The notes under the pieces: generated by a model
The model's database searches: none
Seen by the model: the letters and a program-made list of their open reading frames with translations, nothing else
Told to the model about the DNA's origin: nothing
Virus record (IMG/VR): IMGVR_UViG_3300006805_000023
DNA from: a virus
Taxonomy: Duplodnaviria; Caudoviricetes
Reading direction: 5' to 3' (one strand)
Length of the DNA: 64,000 bases
Shown here: positions 6,998-15,897 of the stretch, in pieces
Numbering within the stretch: the stretch's first letter is position 1
Layout: each line of letters opens with the position of its first letter
Translations under genes and position numbers: made by a program

Positions 6998-7558
6998 ATG
7001 GAAAACTCTGCATCTAACGCTTCGTCCTTAGCCGCTCGGCTTGATCTCTCCCCTAAGTCTGTGGCCCAGACGACTCTCGACATCCGTAACGCTGTCTTGC
7101 CTAAGAAGGAGCCACGTGTTCCCTCTGAGTCTGAAATGCGGGCGGCCTATGATGCTCTGCAGTGGTTGGAGGGGCGGGGGAAGCAGGCGTCGGCCTTGAA
7201 GTTTAACGAGGACACTGGTGAGCTGCTCTTGGTGGTGGACGGGATCGGGTGGCATTGTGGTGCTGAGGACGGTGGGGTGGCGGAGGCGGTCAGGCTGGCG
7301 TCGCAGTGGTGGGGCCAGCGTAAGGCCAAGCTGAGCCACTACTCCAAGCTCTCTTCAATCCGGCGTGCTTTGGAGGCTGCTGACCCGGTCGCTGGGCTCA
7401 AGCGTTTCGAGGAGTATGAGGCGGCTTGGCAGGCGGTCCTTGGGGCGGCGACGAATGATGAGCTGTATGGTATTCTGCAGGAGCAGATCGCCTTGGTGGA
7501 ACAGGAGGCCGCCGAGAAGCTGGGCGCGGTCCCCGTGCAGACTCTCCCCACCGCTTAA
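6998..7558 (+). CDS. Hypothetical protein; shares a domain with the C-terminus of 7582..9396
   Basis: ORF 6911..7558 trimmed to the ATG after the promoter. Confidence 0.75.
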   Translation: MENSASNASSLAARLDLSPKSVAQTTLDIRNAVLPKKEPRVPSESEMRAAYDALQWLEGRGKQASALKFNEDTGELLLVVDGIGWHCGAEDGGVAEAVRLASQWWGQRKAKLSHYSKLSSIRRALEAADPVAGLKRFEEYEAAWQAVLGAATNDELYGILQEQIALVEQEAAEKLGAVPVQTLPTA

Positions 7559-7581
7559 CCTTTTAAGTTCTCTTTCACCTT

Positions 7582-9396
7582 ATGGACTCACTCTCCCCAC
7601 TCGCCTTTCCGTCCTTTCCACCCTCTGACCCTAATGAGCCCGTCCGTCAGGTTGGGGTTCGTGTCAATGATCAGGGAGTCACCGAGGCCTTCCAGACCGT
7701 GACGCCACCAAAGCCGTTTAACTACGAGGATCTTACGCCGGATCAACGGGACGCTCTGCAGGGCGCGGTTTACGCAGCTAACTTTGGCACCCAGCAGGAC
7801 ATCGAGGCACATCGGGAGGTGGTGCTTGGGTTTGGAGCCAGTCTGCCGGATGTCTTGGATGAGCGGGATGCCGAAGCGGCTGCTCTGTTTACTCTTGGGC
7901 TCGATCTGGCAGCGCCGGGGTCGTCGGCTCAGACCAAGAAGGTCACGATGGTCAGGCAGCTGAATCAGACGGGCCTTGAGTATCAGGAGGAGTTCAAGCG
8001 GCGGTATGAGGACCACGGGTGCTCGTGTCACGTTTCGCCACCGTGTGGCTTCTGCGTTGATCCTGGGAACCCGACCAACTTGGCGGAGGACGACTCGATG
8101 TGGGAAACGGTTCCTGTGCAGGCCGTCACTGCTGAGGAGGCTGTTCAGGCGGTGGGCGAACTGAGAGCGGCGGTGGCTAAGAAGCCGGACAAGGTTGACT
8201 ACACTCCAGGAGTCTTGGCGCAACTGGACAAGATGGGTCTGGTGATCGGCGGTGACGAAGGGCTGGGTGGTGTTCCGCAGGAAACTCTGAACGAGATCAT
8301 GGAGCGCAACCCGTTGGGCTTCAAGGGCGAGAAGTATCAAATGACAGAGACCCAGCGGACCGGACCAGCTTCGAACACCATTGACTGGTCGAAATTCAAG
8401 GCCCCTTCGCACTATAACGTTGTGGACGACCTCAAGGCGGCGACTATGAAACGCTTTGGAGCTCCCGCTGAGGCCTTGCCGGATCTGAGCGGCAACGGGA
8501 ATGATGCAGTTCTCAGCAAGACGTGGTGTCCGATCGACCGGGTAGTCGGCCAGGATACCGTCATGGGGATGCACGTCGTGGAGAACTCCGCGATGCCGCA
8601 TGACACTGTTCTTCTGAACATGGAGCAGCCGACCCCAGAGCAGACCCAGGACATCGTGCAACGTCTCCAGGCTCGACTCAACAAGCGGTTTGGAAGGACT
8701 CATGTGGCGATGGTGGGCGGCCCAAGCAACCCTCAAAGCCTCTTCCCACGCGTCAGCCAGTCGGGGAAGCGCGGCGGTGAGGAGCCGATGGCGTGGACCA
8801 ACCTTTCCGGGCAGGCTCTTCTGCTGGGGCGCATCACGGAGCTGGAGGCTCAGAACGCGGAACTTATGCTGGCTCTCCAAAAGGCGCAGCGGACTTTCTT
8901 GTTGCTTGAGAAGGAGAAATGCCTGCGGTCACGGGACGCCGACGGCACGGAATCCACGAGCCCTCCGAAGTGCGTAATCAGCGCCGTGGTTGCCATCGTG
9001 AGAGCTTTGCACGACAAGGTGCCGACCCGGACCATGAAGGCTCTGCAGGCCATCGAGTGGCTGGAGCGGGAAGGCAAGCGCTACCCGAACATCACGCTGG
9101 ACTGGTCACTGGATGATGAGGCCTGGGTGATCACGATGGGAGGCCGGTCGTGGACCTGCGACGAGGAAATGGGCGGGATCATCGGGGCGGTCGAGTCGAT
9201 CAAGAACCGCAGCGTTGACCCGTCGGCAAAAAGCTGGCCGTTCGAGGAGTTCAAGCGCGAGTTCGACGAGACGATCGGCAAGATGACCGCAGAGGAGCTG
9301 GAAGCCGCTATGGACGAGATCCGATCCAAAGAGGGCGCGACCGGCGAGGCTCCGGAAATGATCGAAAAGCACTGGGAGGAAGCTGGTGAAGCTTAA
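7582..9396 (+). CDS. 604-aa mosaic hypothetical protein (CSCHxxPPCxxC motif, portal/capsid-like snippets)
   Basis: Long ORF with the GCSCHVSPPCGFC motif; see findings. Confidence 0.8.
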   Translation: MDSLSPLAFPSFPPSDPNEPVRQVGVRVNDQGVTEAFQTVTPPKPFNYEDLTPDQRDALQGAVYAANFGTQQDIEAHREVVLGFGASLPDVLDERDAEAAALFTLGLDLAAPGSSAQTKKVTMVRQLNQTGLEYQEEFKRRYEDHGCSCHVSPPCGFCVDPGNPTNLAEDDSMWETVPVQAVTAEEAVQAVGELRAAVAKKPDKVDYTPGVLAQLDKMGLVIGGDEGLGGVPQETLNEIMERNPLGFKGEKYQMTETQRTGPASNTIDWSKFKAPSHYNVVDDLKAATMKRFGAPAEALPDLSGNGNDAVLSKTWCPIDRVVGQDTVMGMHVVENSAMPHDTVLLNMEQPTPEQTQDIVQRLQARLNKRFGRTHVAMVGGPSNPQSLFPRVSQSGKRGGEEPMAWTNLSGQALLLGRITELEAQNAELMLALQKAQRTFLLLEKEKCLRSRDADGTESTSPPKCVISAVVAIVRALHDKVPTRTMKALQAIEWLEREGKRYPNITLDWSLDDEAWVITMGGRSWTCDEEMGGIIGAVESIKNRSVDPSAKSWPFEEFKREFDETIGKMTAEELEAAMDEIRSKEGATGEAPEMIEKHWEEAGEA

Positions 9397-9577
9397 CCGG
9401 AAGACCCTAGACTTCGAGGTCGATCCTCAGCAGGGCTTCGTGGCGTTCGCAACCAGCATCACCCTGCCAGGCCACCGGGTCGTCTCGGTGGACCGGCGTG
9501 GCACCAAGGCAACCGTTACTTTCGAAGAACTCCCAACCGAACAACCAAGCAATCATGATCAAAATCGTTCACTGTGA
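9386..9577 (+). CDS. Hypothetical protein (63 aa)
   Basis: Fills the gap in a plus-strand operon. Confidence 0.55.
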   Translation: MKLNRKTLDFEVDPQQGFVAFATSITLPGHRVVSVDRRGTKATVTFEELPTEQPSNHDQNRSL

Positions 9578-9908
9578 ATCGTGCGGACGCCGTCTCTTTA
9601 TGACCGCTACCAACTGTCTGGCCTGCGGCTTCCAGCACGGCTCCGACAACGTAGATGAGCACCGCCGTCTCTGGATTGAGGGCGGCATGCCATGGTGCGG
9701 GGCCGAAGCTCCAACCGGCTGGCATCCGCTCCAGATCCTCGCTGCTATGGCCCTCAGGAAGTCCCTGGAGCGCGTGCAAGGCCGCCCACCCAAGGAGTCA
9801 CCGTTATACTCGGAGGTTGAGATCCCGAGGAGCAGTTTTGTGCCGCGTGGCGACCGGGACTCCCAGCAGGATGCGGACCACCAGTCAGAGGAGGCCGCAG
9901 CGGTATGA
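9555..9908 (+). CDS. Zn-ribbon protein
   Basis: CESC...CLAC; trimmed to ATG 9555. Confidence 0.65.
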   Translation: MIKIVHCESCGRRLFMTATNCLACGFQHGSDNVDEHRRLWIEGGMPWCGAEAPTGWHPLQILAAMALRKSLERVQGRPPKESPLYSEVEIPRSSFVPRGDRDSQQDADHQSEEAAAV

Positions 9909-10099
9909 TGGCTTTTGCGTTCATGAAACTCCTGGCTGAGAAGATCAAGGAGAAGGGCGGCGACTTCGAGCTGAAGGCGCACGATGGCATGGGCGACCTA
10001 CGACCGGTGACCGGCCTGGGTGTCTCAATGGTCTCGCGTGGCTCCTTGTTCCTTGAAGAGGTTTACGTGGACACCAGAGAGTTTGGACAGGCGGGTTGA
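9905..10099 (+). CDS. Hypothetical protein (64 aa)
   Basis: ATGA-coupled. Confidence 0.65.
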   Translation: MMAFAFMKLLAEKIKEKGGDFELKAHDGMGDLRPVTGLGVSMVSRGSLFLEEVYVDTREFGQAG

Positions 10100-10124
10100 C
10101 TTTCTCGAAGTCCTGGATTAGCTT
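10096..10124 (+). promoter_or_regulatory. Class-1 promoter TTGACT-N17-TAGCTT
   Basis: 6 nt before ATG 10131. Confidence 0.75.
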
Positions 10125-10130
10125 CTCGCC

Positions 10131-11288
10131 ATGGACCAAAAACCACTACCAACGCCGGAGCCAGGCGTCTTCCCTATTCCAGGGCCTTGTTACTACCTGA
10201 CCGGCCCCGACGCCTTCGTCCAGCTCAAGGAAACCCTGAGCAAGGCTCCGACGGACGAGGAGGCCAAGAAGGCTCTGGACGAATTTGTGATCAAGTTCCC
10301 TGACGTGGCCCGGTGGATGAAATGGCAAACTGGAGATGTCGAGAAGGCCCTCAGCCAAATCGAGCCAGCCCCTGAGCAACGCACCGCGTGGAATGGTAGG
10401 ATGCAGGCCCTTAGCATCAAGCATCAGAAGAGCATCGAGCGGGCTACCAACGTTGTTATGCAGCGCAATGCTCTCAACTTCAACATCCAAGGCACGTTGA
10501 CTGGCCGTGTGAGCGGCAGCGCCTCGAACGTGACCGAGGAGCCTAGAATCCGAGGCTGCACAAGAGCTGAGCTGGCTGAGAGGTACGATGTGTTTCTGCG
10601 CGAAGTCCGGCTGGTTCAACGCGACCTCGGTTTATTCAAGAAGAAGCCTACGAAGCCCACGGTGTGCTGGCCGATCCGAATGTGGCGCAAGCTCACTGGG
10701 TGGAAGCGTCCAGCCAAGCCGGGGCGCAAGATCCTGGACAACGAGGAACTGCACCGCTGGGCTGACCGCATCTTCAAGCGGTATCTGACAGACGCTCCCT
10801 ATATCATCCGGACCTTCTGGGGCGGATCGGTCGCTTTCATCACCAAGGACGTAGGCGGCATGCAGATGTGGTATTGCTCGTCCTTCGGGACCTGTTCCAA
10901 CAAGTCGCTCCAGTATGGGCTGCGCGTCGGCACGCTCACGAACTCCCCTGAGGCTTCGTTAGCAATGTTCAGATTGAGCTATCCTGGACTGTTCGACGGA
11001 ACAGTGGTCCCCCGAACATTTGACGAGGGGCTGTGGTGGTGGAACAAACGCTGTAGCCTGACCCCTCAGGGAGACCAGAAGCTAATGTTCAACAAGAAGG
11101 GCGAATCGTGGTGGTGGCAGGTTGTTGAGGGCAATTATTGGGCGGTCTTCAAGGGCAACCGCAGGATTTGGCCGATCAGCCGCGACGTCCAGCCGCTCAC
11201 CCCGAGGGACGCCATGATCGGGCTGCGGCTCCACGACCCAAGGATGTTGCCGATCGAAACCTTCAAAGGCTTCAAAGGAAAACTCTGA
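10131..11288 (+). CDS. Hypothetical protein (385 aa) with an isolated Pol A-like TGRxS motif
   Basis: FNIQGTLTGRVSGSASNVTEEPR; Trp-rich C-terminal half. Confidence 0.85.
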   Translation: MDQKPLPTPEPGVFPIPGPCYYLTGPDAFVQLKETLSKAPTDEEAKKALDEFVIKFPDVARWMKWQTGDVEKALSQIEPAPEQRTAWNGRMQALSIKHQKSIERATNVVMQRNALNFNIQGTLTGRVSGSASNVTEEPRIRGCTRAELAERYDVFLREVRLVQRDLGLFKKKPTKPTVCWPIRMWRKLTGWKRPAKPGRKILDNEELHRWADRIFKRYLTDAPYIIRTFWGGSVAFITKDVGGMQMWYCSSFGTCSNKSLQYGLRVGTLTNSPEASLAMFRLSYPGLFDGTVVPRTFDEGLWWWNKRCSLTPQGDQKLMFNKKGESWWWQVVEGNYWAVFKGNRRIWPISRDVQPLTPRDAMIGLRLHDPRMLPIETFKGFKGKL

Positions 11289-11289
11289 C

Positions 11290-12594
11290 ATGGACCTCTT
11301 GCCGAACCTCCCGCCCAACCTCCCACCGCCGGAACTCTCAACCCCAGAGCAGAGAAAGGCAGCCTTCATGCGTGCCATGGGGGAGCTGCACAAGCACCAG
11401 AAGGCCATTGTGGGTCTGACCAACCACGTCCGGCTCCTGCAGACCCTCGCCAAGGGCACCATGAAGGAGCGCATGCTGGTGGCTCTCCAAAACGCTGGCC
11501 CTCTTTATCAAACGCTTTGCCCACGCAAGTACCGCGACATCCCGACGCACGCTTCGCCGCGCAACCTGCTCATTATGTGCGTCCTTGCAGCTCTCGTGTT
11601 CAGGGACTATGGGGCCGTCAACGGCTTTGACCTGAAGAACATGCGGCCCGAGCAATACGCGGACCTCATGAAGCGGTCGGATTCGATGTCGCATGGTTAC
11701 GCGAAGGAGAACAGCCTGAGGCTGTGGCGTGTGATGGGCGACATGATCGAGAATGACTCGCCAACCTACTACCTCGACCAGGAGGCTTCCGAGGAAATGC
11801 TGGAGACCCAGTGTGACGACCTCAAGATGACGTGGGACGACTTCGACTGGCCTCACCCGGTCTTCATGTTGATGCCTCCGATTGGCTTGTACAAGAACAG
11901 CCCGCTGCTCATTCTGGCACACCGTGACGACCAGTACGTGACCTTCACAGGTCTGACAGAGGAGATGGTGGACTACAACCAGAAGCTGTTCGCCACCGAG
12001 TTTCCGATCAAGAGCGAGATCGGAGCTTCGGTCAAGAGCTTGATGGACGCCAAATACCACAGGCTCATAGGAGGAGACAAGATCCGGGACATGGAGGACG
12101 GCCTCAGGGATTTCATCAACAAGACCATGCAGGTGTGCGTCAACGCCCTGCTGGCCATGGTGGCGGAGCCCAAGTTTGAGGAGCTGGAGAAGTCAGGCGC
12201 GCAACCACGCCCAGCCAGTCAAGAGCGCCGTGCGCGTGACCCGTCTGCCCTCTGGAATCCGACCTTCTTCAAGATGGAACGGACCAGACAGGCGTCGGAG
12301 GGGAGTAGCGATGGTAAGGGCGGTCACCGACGCCCCCACCCACGGCGAGCGCACTGGAAGAGCGTCTGGCTGGACGGCAGCGAGGACACCCAACTGGAAC
12401 CGGGGAAACGTGCCAGGCACACCCAAGACCAGCGGGTCGCCCATTGGGTCACGAGCATTGAAGGTGACGTCGTGACCCTCAAAAACGCCGCTGGTGAGGA
12501 GAAGTCCGTGCACCGCTCCGAGGTGAAGCCGTCCAAGGTCAAGTTCCGGTGGATCAAACGCCGGATCGTCGGGCTCAAGAACCACCTAGCTTGA
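11290..12594 (+). CDS. Conserved phage protein with a C-terminal PHxRRxHW motif
   Basis: GGHRRPHPRRAHWKSVW...RWIK C-terminus typical of a phage family of unknown function. Confidence 0.85.
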   Translation: MDLLPNLPPNLPPPELSTPEQRKAAFMRAMGELHKHQKAIVGLTNHVRLLQTLAKGTMKERMLVALQNAGPLYQTLCPRKYRDIPTHASPRNLLIMCVLAALVFRDYGAVNGFDLKNMRPEQYADLMKRSDSMSHGYAKENSLRLWRVMGDMIENDSPTYYLDQEASEEMLETQCDDLKMTWDDFDWPHPVFMLMPPIGLYKNSPLLILAHRDDQYVTFTGLTEEMVDYNQKLFATEFPIKSEIGASVKSLMDAKYHRLIGGDKIRDMEDGLRDFINKTMQVCVNALLAMVAEPKFEELEKSGAQPRPASQERRARDPSALWNPTFFKMERTRQASEGSSDGKGGHRRPHPRRAHWKSVWLDGSEDTQLEPGKRARHTQDQRVAHWVTSIEGDVVTLKNAAGEEKSVHRSEVKPSKVKFRWIKRRIVGLKNHLA

Positions 12595-12619
12595 CAAGCG
12601 TCGGCTTGTGTGATAGAGT
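12591..12619 (+). promoter_or_regulatory. Class-1 promoter TTGACA-N17-TAGAGT
   Basis: Followed by a short leader to ATG 12654. Confidence 0.8.
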
Positions 12620-12653
12620 TCCAGTCAAGTTACGAAACCCAGCACCTGTCAAC

Positions 12654-12989
12654 ATGGACGACTTACTCTTACTGCAGCACACCCTCGGCCAAGACCACTT
12701 CACCGTCAAAGAAGTCGTCCTCGATGGCGTTTTCATGGTCGCCATCAAGACCAACGGAAGAGCAATCCCGAAGGCCTTCGTCGCCAAGTGGGAAAAGGCT
12801 CTGGGTCAGGCCGGAGCAAAACTCGATGAGGCCTGTGGTTCGGATAATGGCGAGACCACGACCCGTCGTTACGAGGTCCCGGTGCTGCGCGACACCATCT
12901 TCCTGATCACCACGGCCAAGAAGCTCTGGAAAACCGATTACCTCTCCGCCAAAATCACAGTCAGCACCACCTACGAAGTCACCCAATGA
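12654..12989 (+). CDS. Hypothetical protein
   Basis: ORF 12549..12989 trimmed to the first ATG after the promoter. Confidence 0.7.
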   Translation: MDDLLLLQHTLGQDHFTVKEVVLDGVFMVAIKTNGRAIPKAFVAKWEKALGQAGAKLDEACGSDNGETTTRRYEVPVLRDTIFLITTAKKLWKTDYLSAKITVSTTYEVTQ

Positions 12990-13420
12990 ACCCAGCCCTC
13001 CACCAAAACGATGCCAGGAGCATCGCCACCGCCATCGTCGAAGACCTCCTCAAGGATATGGTGCCGAAGGACAAAACCTTCGACCATGTTCAGATCCACA
13101 ACCGAAGCCTTGCAGATGGCTTCATCGGCCAGGGTCCGTTCCTGTCACGACCCGCTCTTGAGAGCAAGCTGCAGTCCATCCTGAAGAAGCACCTCGGTAC
13201 TGCCCTGGAGCGCGACGGGCGCGACATCGGGACGGCTGCCCCGCAGGAGAAGGCCGACTTTTTCGCGGAGGATCTGGCTGCCCTTGAAAAGGCCTACGAC
13301 GCCAGTGTTTCTACCGGCGTCAACGTCGCTGGCGGCGGTGGCCTCTGGCTCAACCTGATGATTGGGGACAAGCACGGCAACGTGTTCCTCGGCAGCGCAA
13401 AGGATCGCGGAACCTACTAA
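12986..13420 (+). CDS. Hypothetical protein (144 aa)
   Basis: ATGA-coupled. Confidence 0.75.
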   Translation: MNPALHQNDARSIATAIVEDLLKDMVPKDKTFDHVQIHNRSLADGFIGQGPFLSRPALESKLQSILKKHLGTALERDGRDIGTAAPQEKADFFAEDLAALEKAYDASVSTGVNVAGGGGLWLNLMIGDKHGNVFLGSAKDRGTY

Positions 13421-13424
13421 AGCC

Positions 13425-13937
13425 ATGGCACATCCAAACAACGAGCAAGGGTCTCACACCAAGCTGGTCGCCACTAAAGTCCCCGAGGGATTCGTGCTCT
13501 ACGAGCGTGCTGGCGTCGGCGATAATCAGAACGTGCTCCTGTCGCGTGCCAGAATGCTTGAACACCGCAACGACTTGGTAGCCAAACACGGGGAGGACGT
13601 CGGGCTCGCCTATCAGATGGAAGGCCGGTCGGGTCTGCAGAAAGCACCGTCCCGTTACTTCTGCGTCTTGGCCCCCATCACGGAGCCCGTGCTGGTCCCG
13701 TCGGGTCATCGCTACATCGACGCCGTGGATGTGCTCTACCGGACGATCTGGCAGAAACAAGAGGAGCTGAACGACCACGTCCGGGCGGTCCTTGAGAGAT
13801 CTCCGCCCGAGAATGAGGTGCAACGCATGATCGGCTTCGTCCAAGGGGTCAACTCGATCCGTGGCTGGCCCGTTTGCCTTGGCCTCACCAGCGACATCAT
13901 CGAATATCAGCAGCGGCAGCGACGCGCTCAGCGCTGA
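13425..13937 (+). CDS. Hypothetical protein
   Basis: ORF 13362..13937 trimmed to ATG 13425. Confidence 0.75.
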   Translation: MAHPNNEQGSHTKLVATKVPEGFVLYERAGVGDNQNVLLSRARMLEHRNDLVAKHGEDVGLAYQMEGRSGLQKAPSRYFCVLAPITEPVLVPSGHRYIDAVDVLYRTIWQKQEELNDHVRAVLERSPPENEVQRMIGFVQGVNSIRGWPVCLGLTSDIIEYQQRQRRAQR

Positions 13938-13944
13938 GGAGGAC

Positions 13945-13973
13945 TTGACAGGCGCTAAGAAGCGTGTTATACT
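13945..13973 (+). promoter_or_regulatory. Class-1 promoter TTGACA-N17-TATACT
   Basis: 5 nt before ATG 13979. Confidence 0.9.
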
Positions 13974-13978
13974 TCGCA

Positions 13979-14704
13979 ATGAACCCAATGCCGTATAAGA
14001 TCAGAGCACGCAATCAAGCACTGGATGATGATGGTAAGCCGATCATGCCGGTCTGTAGGGAGTGTGGAGTTCCGGTCATCGTGTGCATTGAGTTCAAAAT
14101 ACACCCGTCGAACACTACCCTGTATAAGTCCAATGATGCTCGGTTTCGCTGCTGGAAAAGGCGCATAGCGAAGTGGGAGTCTGGCTTCAAATTCATGTCC
14201 CACTCCAAAGGCCGTAAGCTCTCTCAAGCCAACAAGGACAAGCTTAGGGCTGCGAACCTTGGTCGTAAGCTCTCTCAAGAAGCCAAAGACAAAATAGGTG
14301 CTGCAAATCGTGGACGCAAGCACTCTCAGGAGGTTAGAAATAAACAGAGCGCGATGAGGACAGGCCGCAAGCTCTCTCAGGAACACAGGGACAAACTGAG
14401 AGCCGCCAGTTCAGGCAAGACGCACACTCAGGAGACCAGAAACAAAATGAGTGCAGCACTCAGCGGTCGCGAGTTCTCCCAGGAACACAGGGACAAACTG
14501 AGAGCCGCGAGTCTTGGTCGTAAGCACTCCCAAGAAGCTAAGGACAAAGTGAGTGCCGCTGTTCTAGGACGTAGGCATTCCCAGGAGACTAGAGAGAAAC
14601 TTAGTGCTATCCACAGAGTCTCTGGCAACATCGAAAAGTTGCTTCAGCGTCGTCGTGACCGTTCCGCTCTCAAGCGCCTAGCAGCCCTAACAAAGATCTC
14701 ATGA
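13979..14704 (+). CDS. NUMOD3-repeat DNA-binding protein (8 x 17 aa), no visible nuclease domain
   Basis: Eight GRKxSQExxxKxxAA repeats; N-terminal CRECG. Confidence 0.85.
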   Translation: MNPMPYKIRARNQALDDDGKPIMPVCRECGVPVIVCIEFKIHPSNTTLYKSNDARFRCWKRRIAKWESGFKFMSHSKGRKLSQANKDKLRAANLGRKLSQEAKDKIGAANRGRKHSQEVRNKQSAMRTGRKLSQEHRDKLRAASSGKTHTQETRNKMSAALSGREFSQEHRDKLRAASLGRKHSQEAKDKVSAAVLGRRHSQETREKLSAIHRVSGNIEKLLQRRRDRSALKRLAALTKIS

Positions 14705-15381
14705 AGACCACACCCACCACACTAGAAATGTCAACCGCTGATCAAGCTCAGCTCTTCGGCATCCAGTTCGACGAGAGAGTCATCGTCGAAACCGACCTTC
14801 AAAAAGAAGCCCGGATCAAGGCGATGCTCAAGCAGATCGGGCCGCTGATCACCAGCGCCCTCCAGCAAATCCACCAAGCTGGCCTCATCATCGTCCGCCT
14901 GCTGGACGAAGATCGTGTCCCAATGACCGAGATCGTCGAGGCGTCTGCGATTCCGAGATCTATTCTCAAGAGGCTGGAGCAGGTGGGGCGTCAGAAGATG
15001 CACCCGTCCCTCTACTTGGGTGAAAAGGGCTACAGCGAGGCCGTTGCTCGACTCCCCTATTCAACCCAGGTCCACTTGCTCGACGAAGACGGGTCGGTTG
15101 ATGTGCTGGTCGGCGGTGGTGATGTCTTGCAGGTCAAGCTCGACGCGCTCCAGCCCATCCAAATCAAGCAGGTGTTCGGCGACGACAAGATCCGGACGGT
15201 AGCTGAGCAGCGTGCCTGGGTTGAGGGTCAGAAGACCCTCGCCCGGATCAACCAAACGGACGCCAGCAAGACTAACGCCCCATATGAGGTGGCCGGTAAG
15301 AAGCTGACGGTGCACACCCCGATGAGCTTCTCGCTCAAGCAGCTCGAACGAATCGTCGCCCAGATGAAGTCCTCCTCGTAG
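14701..15381 (+). CDS. Hypothetical protein (226 aa)
   Basis: ATGA-coupled long ORF. Confidence 0.8.
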   Translation: MKTTPTTLEMSTADQAQLFGIQFDERVIVETDLQKEARIKAMLKQIGPLITSALQQIHQAGLIIVRLLDEDRVPMTEIVEASAIPRSILKRLEQVGRQKMHPSLYLGEKGYSEAVARLPYSTQVHLLDEDGSVDVLVGGGDVLQVKLDALQPIQIKQVFGDDKIRTVAEQRAWVEGQKTLARINQTDASKTNAPYEVAGKKLTVHTPMSFSLKQLERIVAQMKSSS

Positions 15382-15386
15382 AGGAC

Positions 15387-15415
15387 TTGACAGGTGATAA
15401 GGGCTGTGTTATCTT
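15387..15415 (+). promoter_or_regulatory. Class-1 promoter TTGACA-N17-TATCTT
   Basis: 5 nt before ATG 15421. Confidence 0.9.
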
Positions 15416-15420
15416 TCCAC

Positions 15421-15897
15421 ATGGCCACCTCCCCTAATTCCCCCTCCCAGTTGTCCGTTGCTAAACTCCGTGCTTGGATGAAAACGAATGGCGCTGAGGT
15501 TGCCAAACTGATCAAGCTGCGCGAGTTCGCCGAATCAGAAAAGAAGCGCGTCACGGCCTACACAACCCCGGTTCTGGCCGAATACGGCTTCGTTAACTCA
15601 GACACCGGTGCCGTCATCACAACGGACGAAAGCCTGTTCATGTGCGAGGGTGACGAGGCCAGGATCAACGAGTACTACCAGCGCACCTATGAACTGCACG
15701 CTGCGAACGGATGGACTGGAAACCACGAGTCTTGCCCAGCACTGGTGGCCGATTATGCTGCCATCAACCAAGAGAACGTGCTGCTTCCCCTGCTCGCCCA
15801 GCTCATGGGGGTGACGCTGGAGCAGCTGCAATTCAAGTATCTCACTGCTAAGAAGGCTGTCGAACTCGTCGTTGACTTCTACAAATCACGCAACTAG
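15421..15897 (+). CDS. Hypothetical protein, leaderless
   Basis: ORF 15394..15897 trimmed to the promoter-proximal ATG. Confidence 0.8.
   Translation: MATSPNSPSQLSVAKLRAWMKTNGAEVAKLIKLREFAESEKKRVTAYTTPVLAEYGFVNSDTGAVITTDESLFMCEGDEARINEYYQRTYELHAANGWTGNHESCPALVADYAAINQENVLLPLLAQLMGVTLEQLQFKYLTAKKAVELVVDFYKSRN

Noticed and set aside
7588-8880. 430-aa minus-strand ORF (also 25108..26097, 21791..22555, 47317..48099)
   Set aside because: Antisense to well-supported genes; long shadow ORFs are expected at high GC.
12610-12906. ORF MIEFQSS starting inside the promoter
   Set aside because: Its GTG lies within the -10 region; the overlapping frame 12654..12989 has better composition and is ATGA-coupled.
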